Origin: Eledone cirrhosa | Lineage: Eukaryota | DNA: 64,000 nt | Direction of reading: 5' to 3' | Assembly (NCBI GenBank): GCA_964016885.1 | Contig: OZ024740.1 | Location: forward strand, 432,326,001-432,390,000 | In this document: piece after piece, positions 52,474 through 64,000 of the stretch | How the letters are laid out: each line of letters opens with the position of its first letter | Position numbering within the stretch: position 1 is the first letter of the stretch | Position numbers and translations under genes: made by a program | Notes under the pieces: model-generated | Seen by the model: the letters and a program-made list of their open reading frames with translations, nothing else | Told to the model about the DNA's origin: nothing | Database searches by the model: none

Positions 52474-55400
52474 TGTTGGTGAATAGAATCTAAAACAAAA
52501 ACACAAAGTCGAATGAACAATAAAATGAATAATAGAAAATTCTGATATTTTCATAATAAATAAAATGCTTTTATATATTTCAAAGTCAAACATAAATGAA
52601 AAAGGAAAAAATAAGCTACATTCTAAATGTATAATTCAAGGAATTTAACCCTTTAGCATTTACAGTACTTTATGGCAGTATCGGTAGAGGGTCGGACGCC
52701 ATGCTTTGACGCATAGAGTTACGGCCCTTGCCATTCTGAGTTCAAATCCCGCCGAGGTTAACTTTGCCTTTCATCCTTACGGGGTCGATAAAATAAAGTA
52801 CCAGTAATGTACTGGGTAATTGCTGGCCTTGTGCCAAAAGTAGAAACAATTATATTAATGCACTGGGTAATTGCTGGCCTTGTGCCTAAAGTAGAAACAA
52901 TTATATTTTCACTGTAAAGGTTTTACCTCACATAATATCGAATCTATGAGATTTTGATATTATTTATTTTGAGAACAATACCTTAACATCAGTATAAGTG
53001 GCCAGTTATAGCTGGTTTGAATAGAAAGAGGTGAGAGATTTCTAGCCAGATACGCTGGTTTATATGCTAATGAGTGAAACAAAAATTGCATGAAAAATAG
53101 ATTCTGAGACAATTATTCCATAAATTTTCTACAATTCCTTAAATAGTATAGAAGAACTCCATAAGTTGTTTGAATTATATTTTCAAAATACTAAAACTTA
53201 ACTTAGTATTAGTTCCCATGTCACACAAAATGGCAAGAAAGTTATAATATAAAATATTGTCTGATATAAATCATCAGTAGCAATAATTCTGAAACTAATA
53301 AAATAAAACTTCTGTCGACATCTTTTCTTTAGAAAATATTTTTATGACAACAGACAATGCAACTTCCTCTTAAAAATAATGATGAAATAAATAAGATTTA
53401 TGGAGGTTTTAATGAAGGCCGGCAGAAGACCCATGAAGACACAAAAGATTAAAGTTCAATATATATCACAGAATAAAAACTGGAATTTGTTCTCAAATAA
53501 AAGGAGTAAAAATCACAGAATAGCAGGAGCTATGTTGTATATATATATATAACAGTTATACAGAAAGTCAACTGGAAGAACATTCCAGCCTCCAAGAGTA
53601 TAGAAGATAGATGTCTCAAGATTTGTAATATGAGAAGGACATTATCTCTTAGTAGAAAATCACGAGACATATTTAAGACTAAGTAGATATGAGGCAAAAT
53701 ATTAATTAAAAATTTCAAGTTATTATTAGAAAACACCCACTAAAAAAAACTGTTGTTATCAGCTAAAATAATTGTTAAATATTTTCTATATTCACTTTAT
53801 CAGAAAATAATGACAGTTGCTACTATAACCCATCTGTACACACAATAATATAGAGCAAAATTTATTAAGTATGTCCTTAACGTAACAAATAATTTGAAAT
53901 TCTTTAACCCTTTTCTTACCAACCCAGCCAAAACCAGCTCTGGTTCTATGAAATAAAGTCACCCATTTTAACCCTTTATTTACCAACCCGGCCAGAATCG
54001 ACACTGGTTCTAGGAAATAGAACCACCTGTTTTAAAGGTTTCCAATTTAAATAAAAATCTTCCAACATAATTTTACATAAGAACCTTACATTAAGTTACT
54101 ACTTAGTAATAAAATAATTAATAATTTCAGTAAATCCTTCAAAATTCTTCATTAATTAACTGAAATACAGTGTACTTTATTAGAAATGCAGTGATGAAAG
54201 AGTTAACATTTAAACATTGTCTAGGCACCTTCCAGCTGATTTTCTTTTCTTTCTTTTTTAACGTTTAAAAATCAATTTGTCACATTTTATTGCCTGTGAA
54301 GTTTTAAATGTTGCATTAATTACAAACATGTAAAAAATATTGTTTTTTTTTCAACTGAATTCTGAAGTCAAACAGCTATGTATCTGATTTCTAGAGAGTA
54401 AATTATATGTATAATCAATATTTACAGGACCATGTTAGTTTACTTATTATTATTCTTTATCATAAAGAATCAATTAACAAGGTCCTAATCAAACTTTGAT
54501 ATGTGCATTCCTGAGTATGAAACCTGCCATGTGTTTAGTAGGGAAAATGGCCTTAAAACATTAGCATATAAACCAGCCATATCCAGTCAGAAGTCTCTCA
54601 CCCCTTTCTGTTCAAACTGGCTGCTCGTACTTATGTTAAGTTATTGTTCTTAAAATAAAAAACATCAACATCCCATAGATTCGATATTATGTGAGATAAT
54701 TATGAGGTAAAGTGTTTACTATGAAAATATAATAGTAAATATAGAGTAATCATCATCATCACCGTTTTACGTCCGTTCTTCCACGCTAGCATGGGTTAGA
54801 CGGATGTAAATGCTAAAGGGTTAAAATGCTTGTGTTGTTGTATAATTCAAATATTCATTCCAATATTGCCAAGATGTTCTTAAAACTTATAAATAAACAT
54901 TTCTCTGTAAGCCATAAATATCATGAGATCTTTAGTAGAAATAATGTTACAGTAAGCTAGAGTTGCACCAAAAACATTGCTGTTTCCACAACCAGGTTAA
55001 ATAGAAGAAAATTTTCCAGTAGTGAAACACAAAATTTTCTAGAATAACAACAAGCCTTATATCTGCTCTCCATGTTTTTGTAAAGTATTAGTTTATGAAG
55101 CTACAGTCATCCTTGCAGTAGTAAGAAACTCTCAGGAGAACTGAACAACAGAAGATCTTCAGAGAAGAAAAAAAAACACCCTCAAGTGAGTGTTTTGGCC
55201 CTTAACTTCTTACACAGTAAGGGGGCCTGGTCGCATCCAGGTTGTGACTCCTAGGTGCCCTTCTGCTGACATTTAGCCATTTAGATATCAGAGACTTGCA
55301 AATAACAGTGAAACGAAAAGCTATAGAGGGTTTAATGTAAATCCCTTTGAAAGGAAATTCTCACAACATATGCATACATTCAGAAAGACACCTAATCACC

Positions 55401-55917
55401 TCACTATGTAAATATATGTGAAATTTAAAGGATGATGATATTAACAATTGTAAATTCAATTGTTTTATTACAGAACATATTTCCCTCTACATAAAGGGGT
55501 TTAAACTGTATGCTCTTATTTCTCAGTAACAGGGTGAATTCTTGCAGACACCGAACACTCAAGTGCCATGATAAAATGCATGCAGCCCACCCTGAAAGGT
55601 GTTGGTGCCAGTATCACAATAAAAAATACCCAGTCTGCCCTGTAGGGTGGTAGTGTTGGTGTCACAACAAAAAGTACCTCAGTCCACCCTGTAAGGTGGT
55701 TGGTGTAAGGAAGGAAGGGTATCCAATCATAGAAACCAAGCCAAAACAAAGCGTTCAAGCAGGACCTAGTCCCCTGACAAATATGGCCTCAGCATACAAC
55801 ATCCCATCTAACCCATACAAGTATGGAAAATATACATAAACAGTGATGATGACTGGAATTGATATATTTGAAGAAATTTCCTAATACCAACATTAAAATA
55901 GTTTAGTTTTCACATAA

Positions 55918-56225
55918 TGGAGGCACATGGCTTAGTCATTAGAGCATTGGCCTTGCAATCGAAAGGTTGTGAGTTCAATTCTCAGACCGGGTGATGTGTT
56001 GTTTCCTAGAGCAAGACACTTTATTTCACATGGCTCCAGTTTACTCAGCTGTAGAAATGAGATAGGGACTGGGGTCCATATCATTCCACTGCAAAAAAGC
56101 ACCCAGCACTCACTGTAAATGAGGTTGGTGTTAGGAAGGGCATCCAGCTGTAGAAATCAAGCCAGAATCAGTTCCCGTCCCACTCTTGCAAGCAGGGAAA
56201 AGCGGGCGTAAAATGAAATGAATAA
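55918..56225 (+). mobile_element. tRNA-derived SINE family B
   Basis: Near-identical to the 43596 copy but lacks most of the 49-bp unit. Confidence 0.88.
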
Positions 56226-57254
56226 TGGATCTGTCAGACCCTGAAATTTGGTAAGATATTAGGGGAAAAAACAATGTTATTCATCAACACTAAATTTTCT
56301 TTTGTGTGTTTTACACATCTGATGCTGAAGACATGAAAATATTGTTTTTATACATAGATTAATAAATATATCACATGTTCTAATGAGGTCGTGTAGGTGT
56401 CATAACAAAAAAACACACAGTCCACGCTGTAATGTGGCCGTGTAGGTAACACGGTAAAAAAGCTCTAAGTCCACACTGTAAATGTGGTTGGTGTTAGGAA
56501 GGGCATCCAGCCGTAGAAAACCTGCCAGATAGTCCTATACGAGCGAGACACGGTCACTCAACCAACCTTGCCTCAAGTGGGACAACTCCCGTCTAACCCA
56601 TGCTAGCATGGAAGATGGACGTTAAATGATGATAATGATGATGATGTTCTCCATATGACATTTGAATAGATGAATATAAGTGCAGGGATGACTGTGTAGT
56701 CAAGAAATTTGTTTCAGAACCATCAATGCCTTGTTATGAATTTACTAAATTAAAATTGTAAAGAAAGCTGTCATATATGTGTGTGTATCAAACGTCATAT
56801 TGACACCATTTATAGTGTTTAGTGACAGTTAGTTATATTCCTCATGAACAAAACATTCATCATAGCACTCTAACAAGTATCAGTAAGATGGACCACACTA
56901 AGAATTGGGTATTGGGGTTAGGGTTAGGATGAACATCAACCTATGCAAGTACAGACAAAATAACAATAATGATGATTTTCGAAAGTTTTCTGACAACCAA
57001 TAAAATCTAAATGGCTAATCATATTTCAATGTGCTCTCTCTCTCTCCATATATATATAAAAATCATTCAATGTCTATTTTCCTTGCTACCAAAGGTTGGA
57101 TAGATCTTCGTAGACCAAGTTGTACGCAAGTGAGGTCATGGTTTCTTCAGCGGGTGCATTTTCATGGCACCAACACTAAAGGGATTGACGGTTATTGTCC
57201 TAATTGGGATTTAACAGGAAGCGAGCATGCTTCTATTGATGTGTATGGAATATA

Positions 57255-57520
57255 TTAATGTGTGTGAACATGGACAAACTGAGAGAAAATCTGGGTATAA
57301 GAGAAATCAGATGTAATGTGCAAGAGAGAAGACAATATTAGTATGAAAATGTGATGTGTATGTATGATGACTGCTGGTTGAAGAAGTGTCAGATGTTAGT
57401 GGAAGGTAGATGCAGTAGAGGAAGACCAAGAAAAACCTGAGCAAAAGTGGTGAGAAATGCTGAACCTCACAAAAGAGATGACAAAGGAGGGAGACTGTGC
57501 ATGAAAGGACCTGTCCAAAC
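57255..57520 (+). mobile_element. Highly decayed RTE 3' fragment
   Basis: agaggaagaccaagaaaaacctg encodes RGRPRKT, as in RTE C-termini. Confidence 0.5.
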
Positions 57521-58437
57521 AAGTTTTTCAATCTTCTGGAAATATGCTAACTTGACAATACATTTCTAGTCATTTTATTCGAGGTAGTAAACAAGGTAGT
57601 AATCAAGGTAATATGTTTTTCTCATTCACATGACATTTTTGTTTTAAATTGTTAAATATGTTTAATCCAAAACGTTTATACAAATATTTATGATATATCA
57701 AATACCACTTGTAACTAATTATCGTATTTACATCTATTTCAAGTGATTACTTTTAAAAAATCAGTAAAAAATTTCTGAAAACATACTCGTGTATAATATA
57801 TCCTCCTTTTTCCCCTTAATTTTAGTTTAAAATTTCTCATATTACATTATGGTAAACATAATCCTTTTTTTATCTGTTTCTCCATGATAGGACAGATTGG
57901 ATGAGATTTTTGTAGACAGTATCCTACAGCTGGGTGATGTTCCTGACACCAACCCTTACATGCACACACACACACACATATACGTGTGTGTGCGTGTTTA
58001 TATTTAATTAACACAGAGCAAATTTCCAACAAGACTCCTCCTCTTTCTGAAGAAACTGAACAACCAATGAGAAAAGAGCTTACAAAACTCAATTAGAAAA
58101 CACTTTATACAAAAGACAGCAAACTGACAATCTTTAAAGCACAGGCTAGAATGTCTTGCAATATCCCTTCCAGTTCTCTGTATGTTCAGTCCAAATTCCA
58201 TTGATGTGAATTTTTCCTTCCATACATTGATGGTTGATGAATAAAATACCAGTTCACTACTGGGAATGATTATTCTCACTATAGCTTATAATCTCCAGCA
58301 ACCCCAACTACACATGTATTCTTCAGGAATGATTCCAGTTTATTAAGGAGATCCAATGTATGCACCACAATAGCAACTGCAATAATCTCTACAGTAGTTA
58401 CAACAACTACAATAGCTACAGCTCCCACTGGCCCTAA

Positions 58438-58625
58438 ATATGGTGTGGGGAACTGATGCCTCTAACTTCAGTATCACCAGAACTAAACAACTGGGGCTAA
58501 GCTCTCACTGGCCTAATAAGTTGCTCCATATGGTGTGTGGGGAACTGATGCCTCTAACTTCAGTATCACCAGAACTAAACAACTGGGGCTAAGCTCTCAC
58601 TGGCCTAATAAGTTGCTCCATGGGG
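58438..58625. repeat. ~91-bp tandem duplication
   Basis: ggggaactgatgcctctaacttcagtatcaccagaactaaacaactggggctaagctctcactggcctaataagttgctccat occurs twice. Confidence 0.9.
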
Positions 58626-59061
58626 TGTGTGGAACTGGATCACCACTATGAAACCAACTGCCTTCCATGCATACTTGTCACAGCACCGACACCACTAAAC
58701 AGGGCCATGTGTGAGAATGAAAGTACGCTATAATCATCCATCAGCTTCAAGATCCAGTACTGGTAACATTGAGCTCTGTGTCTGCAAATAACTTACAAAT
58801 GTCTGTCTTCATGAAATCCAAGACATGTCACGTGCCTATTCCAATATTTGTTTCACTGGTTGCTACATCCATTCCATCTGTCAACAATCAACAGCAACAA
58901 GTGTATGTAAGCTCGTAGAATTGGAGAATGTCTGTAAAGTCATTCCTCAAATGAAACCCTGTCAACAACAATCTACATATTTGTTAAAATATAACATTAT
59001 GTCTGTGAGAACCAACATAATTTTTCTCCCAGCAGAACAAGTAATAAATATGCAAGCTGGT

Positions 59062-59540
59062 CTATTGGTCCACAAAGAGTTAGTGCTTCACCTGTTGGAA
59101 TGTGAGAACACTAGTGACTATTGGTCCACAAAGAATTAGTGCTTCACCTGTTGGAATGTGAGAACACTAATGACTATTGGTCCACAAAGAGTTAGTGTTT
59201 CACCTGTTGGAATGTGAGAACACTAATGACTATTGGTCGACAAAGAGTTAGTGCTTCACCTGTTGGAATGTGAGAACTCTAATGACTATTGGTCGACAAA
59301 GAGTTAGTGCTTCACCTGTTGGAATGTGAGAACACTAATGACTATTGGTCGACAAAGAGTTAGTGCTTCACCTGTTGGAATGTGAGAACACTAATGACTA
59401 TTGCTCGACAAAGAGTTAGTGCTTCACCTGTTGGAATGTGAGAACACTAATGACTATTGGTCGACAAAGAGTTAGTGTTTCACCTGTTGGAATGTGAGAA
59501 CACTAATGACTATTGGTCAACAAAGAGTTAGTGCTTCACC
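59062..59540. repeat. 56-bp minisatellite, ~8.5 copies
   Basis: ctattggtc recurs at 59062, 59118 and onward. Confidence 0.96.
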
Positions 59541-59819
59541 TGTTGGAATGTGAGAACACTGTGTATATGTAAAACTGAACAGGTAGTCTCTCAGAAACGA
59601 GACTACCTGACTCCAGTTATTAATCCCTCAAGATTCCTTAATTTGCATTTGGTTACCACCTGTGTCAGAGAGATGAAATGGTCAGTTCTGATCACAATAA
59701 ATACTGCTACACCATCATTCTAGACTTGGAGGAACTGTAGCTTCTATTGATGATTCATAAAAACTGTACCAACTTTTAAAATCAACCGCAAATGAATGTC
59801 CACCAACAAGTGAGAATAT

Positions 59820-62800
59820 CCTAGTTATACATGGTACAGTTATCTTCGACCTAGTTATACATGGTACAGTTATCTCAAACCTAGATATACATGGTACAGT
59901 TATCTTGGACCTAGTTATACATGATACAGTTATCTTGGACCTAGTTATACATGATACAGTTATCTTGGACCTAGTTATACATGGTACATGGTACAGTTAT
60001 TTCAAACCTAGTTATACATGGTACATGGTACAGTTATCTCAAACCTAGTTATACATGGTACATGGTACAGTTATTTTAAACCTAGATATACATGGTACAG
60101 TTATCTCAAACCTAGATATACATGGTACAGTTATCTTCGACCTAGTTATACATGGTACATGGTACAGTTATCTCAAACCTAGTTATACATGGTACATGGT
60201 ACAGTTATCTCAAACCTAGTTATACATGGTACATGGTACAGTTTTCTCAAACCTAGTTATACATGGTACAGTTATCTCAAACCTAGATATACATGGTCCA
60301 GTTATCTCAAACCTAGTTATACATGGTACAGTTTTCTCAAACCTAGTTATACATGGTACAGTTATCTCAAACCTGGTTATACATGGTACAGTTATCTCAA
60401 ACCTGGTTATACATGGTACAGTTATCTCAAACCTAGTTATACATTGTACAGTTATCTCAAACCGAGTTATACATGGTACAGTTATCTCAAACATAGTTAT
60501 ACATGGTACATGGTACAGTTATCTCAAACCTAGTTATACATGGTACAGTTATCTCAAACCCAGTTATACATGGTACATGGTACAGTTATCTCAAACTTAG
60601 TTATACATGGTACAGTTATCTCAAACCTAGTTATACATGGTAGTTATCTCAAACATAGTTATACATGGTACATGGTACAGTTATCTCAAACCTAGTTATA
60701 CATGGTACAGTTATCTCAAACCTAGTTATACATGGTACATGGTACAGTTATCTCAAACCTACTTATATATACATGGTACAGTTATCTCAAACCTAGATCT
60801 ACATGGTACATGGTACAGTTATCTCAAACCTAGATCTACATGGTACAGTTATCTCAAACCTAGTTATACATGGTACAGTTATCTCAAACCTAGTTATACA
60901 TGGTACAGTTATCTCAAACCTAGATATACATGGAACAGTTATCTGAAACCTAGTTATACATGGTACATGGTACAGTTATCTCAAACCTAGTTATACATGG
61001 TACAGTTATCTCAAACCTAGTTATACATGGTACATGGTACAGTTATCTCAAACCTAGTTATACATGGTACATGGTACAGTTATCTCAAACCTAGTTATAC
61101 ATGGTACAGTTATCTCAAACCTTGTTATACATGGTACATGGTACAGTTATCTCAAACCTAGTTATACATGGTACAGTTATCTCAAACCTAGTTATACATG
61201 GTACAGTTATCTCAAACCTAGATATACATGGTACATGGTACAGTTATCTCAAACCTAGATATACATGGTACAGTTATCTCAAACCTAGTTATACATGGTA
61301 CATGGTACAGTTATCTCAAACCTAGTTATACATGGTACAGTTATCTCAAACCTAGTTATACATGGTACAGTTATCTCAAACCTAGTTATACATGGTACAT
61401 GGTACAGTTATCTCAAACCTAGATATACATGGTAGTTATCTCAAACCTAGTTATACATGGTACAGTTATCTCAAACCTAGTTATACGTGGTACAGTTATC
61501 TCAAACCTAGATATACATGGTACATGGTAGTTATCTCAAACCTAGTTATACATGGTACATGGTACAGTTATCTCAAACCTAGATATACATGGTACAGTTA
61601 TCTCAAACCTAGTTATACATGGTACATGGTACAGTTATCTCAAACCTAGTTATACATGGTACAGTTATCTCAAACCTAGTTATACATGGTACATGGTACA
61701 GTTATCTCAAACCTAGTTATACATGGTACAGTTATCTCAAACCTTGTTATACGTGGTACATGGTACAGTTATCTCAAACCTAGTTATACATGGTACAGTT
61801 ATCTCAAACCTAGTTATACATGGTACAGTTATCTCAAACCTAGATATACATGGTACAGTTATCTCAAACCTAGATATACATGGTACAGTTATCTCAAACC
61901 TAGTTATACATGGTACATGGTACAGTTATCTCAAACCTAGTTATACATGGTACAGTTATCTCAAACCTAGTTTTACATGGTACAGTTATCTCAAACCTAG
62001 ATATACATGGTACATGGTAGTTATCTCAAACCTAGTTATACATGGTACATGGTACAGTTATCTCAAACCTAGATCTACATGGTACAGTTATCTCAAACCT
62101 AGTTATACATGGTACATGGTACAGTTATCTCAAACCTAGTTATACATGGTACATGGTACAGTTATCTCAAACCTAGTTATACATGGTACAGTTATCTCAA
62201 ACCTAGTTATACATGGTACAGTTATCTCAAACCTAGATATACATGGTACAGTTATCTCAAACCTAGTTATACATGGTACAGTTATCTCAAACCTAGATAT
62301 ACATGATACAGTTATCTAAAATCTAGTTATACATGGTACAGTTATCTCAAACCTAGTTATACATGGTACAGTTATCTCAAACCTAGTTATACATGGTACA
62401 TGGTACAGTTATCTCAAACCTAGTTATACACGGTACAGTTATCTCAAACCCAGCTATACATGGTACATGGTACAGTTATCTCAAACCTAGTTATACATGG
62501 TACAGTTATCTCAAAACTAGTTATACATGGTACAGTTATCTCAAACATAGTTATACATGGTACATGGTACAGTTATCTCAAACCTAGTTATACATGGTAC
62601 ATAGTACAGTTATCTCAAACCTAGTTATACATGGTACAGTTATCTCAAACCTAGATATACATGGTACATGGTAGTTATCTCAAACCTAGTTATACATGGT
62701 ACATGGTACAGTTATCTCAAACCTAGATATACATGGTACAGTTATCTCAAACCTAGTTATACATGGTACATGGTACAGTTATCTCAAACGTAGTTATACA

Positions 62801-64000
62801 TGGTACATGGTACAGTTATCTCAAACCTAGTTATACATGGTACAGTTATCTCAAACCTAGTTATACATGGTACAGTTATCTCAAACCTAGATATACATGG
62901 TACAGTTATCTCAAACCTAGTTATACATGGTACAGTTATCTCAAACCTAGTTATACATGGTACATGGTACAGTTATCTCAAACCTAGTTATACATGGTAC
63001 AGTTATCTCAAACCTAGTTATACATGGTACATGGTACAGTTATCTCAAACCTAGTTATACATGGTACAGTTATCTCAAACCTAGTTATACATGGTACAGT
63101 TATCTCAAACGTAGTTATACATGGTACATGGTACAGTTATCTCAAACCTAGTTATACATCGTACATGGTACAGTTATCTCAAACCTAGTTATACATGGTA
63201 CAGTTATCTCAAACCTAGTTATACATGGTACAGTTATCTCAAACCTAGTTATACATGGTACATGGTACAGTTATCTGAAACCTAGATATACATGGTACAT
63301 GGTACAGTTATCTCAAACCTAGTTATACATGGTACAGTTATCTCAAACTTAGTTATACATGGTACATGGTACAGTTATCTGAAACCTAGATATACATGGT
63401 ACAGTTATCTCAAACCTAGTTATACATGGTACATGGTACAGTTATCTCAAACCTAGTTATACATGGTACATGGTACAGTTATCTCAAACCTAGTTATACA
63501 TGGTACATGGTACAGTTATCTGAAACCTAGATATACATGGTACATGGTACAGTTATCTCAAACCTAGTTATACATGGTACAGTTATCTGAAACCTAGATA
63601 TACATGGTACAGTTATCTCAAACCTAGTTATACATGGTACAGTTATCTCAAACCTAGTTATACATTATACATGGTACAGTTATCTGAAACTTAGTTATAC
63701 ATTGTACAGTTATCTCAAACCTAGTTATACATGGTACAGTTATCTCAAACCTAGTTATACATGGTACATGGTACAGTTATCTCAAACCTAGTTATACATG
63801 GTACAGTTATCTGAAACCTAGATATACATGGTACAGTTATCTCAAACCTAGTTATACATGGTACAGTTATCTCAAACCTAGATATACATGGTACATGGTA
63901 CAGTTATCTCAAACCTAGTTATACATGGTACAGTTATCTCAAACCTAGTTATACATGGTACATGGTACAGTTATCTCAAACCGAGTTATACATGGTACAT
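59820..64000. repeat. 30/37-bp satellite (cctagttatacatgg[tacatgg]tacagttatctcaaa), open at right window edge
   Basis: 30-bp unit with an optional 7-bp internal duplication. Confidence 0.98.

Noticed and set aside
56907-56929. Telomeric TTAGGG-like repeat
   Set aside because: Only about two units; not distinguishable from chance or a repeat fragment.
60189-63151. ORFs with YSYLKPSYTW / HGTVISNLVI repeats
   Set aside because: Translations of the 30/37-bp satellite with constant frame switching.

Overview
AT-rich eukaryotic (animal) genomic DNA. The SINE/LINE repertoire and intron style suggest a cephalopod such as Octopus; this is inference. The backbone is a minus-strand COPII cargo-adaptor gene of the SEC24C/D family. 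I traced 13 coding exons by hand, from the ATG at 52473 down to 23502, with GT-AG sites and consistent phases. They cover the Pro/Gly/Gln-rich N-terminus, the zinc finger and the trunk/vWA domain; the remaining exons appear to lie left of the window. The introns contain a >19 kb 44-bp satellite with higher-order structure. It is fused to the truncated 3' end of a decayed RTE-clade LINE that has a PHD-like finger inside its RT region. The introns also hold several minisatellites, tRNA-derived SINEs, TTAA-flanked MITEs and long inverted repeats. The least explained region is a ~2.5 kb composite island (~24.4-26.8 kb). It has 200-bp inverted arms around a GC-rich decayed ORF, a compact antisense mini-gene encoding a 119-aa BACK/SPOP-like protein, and a terminal hairpin resembling Helentron-type elements. 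No CRISPR array or prokaryotic system is present.
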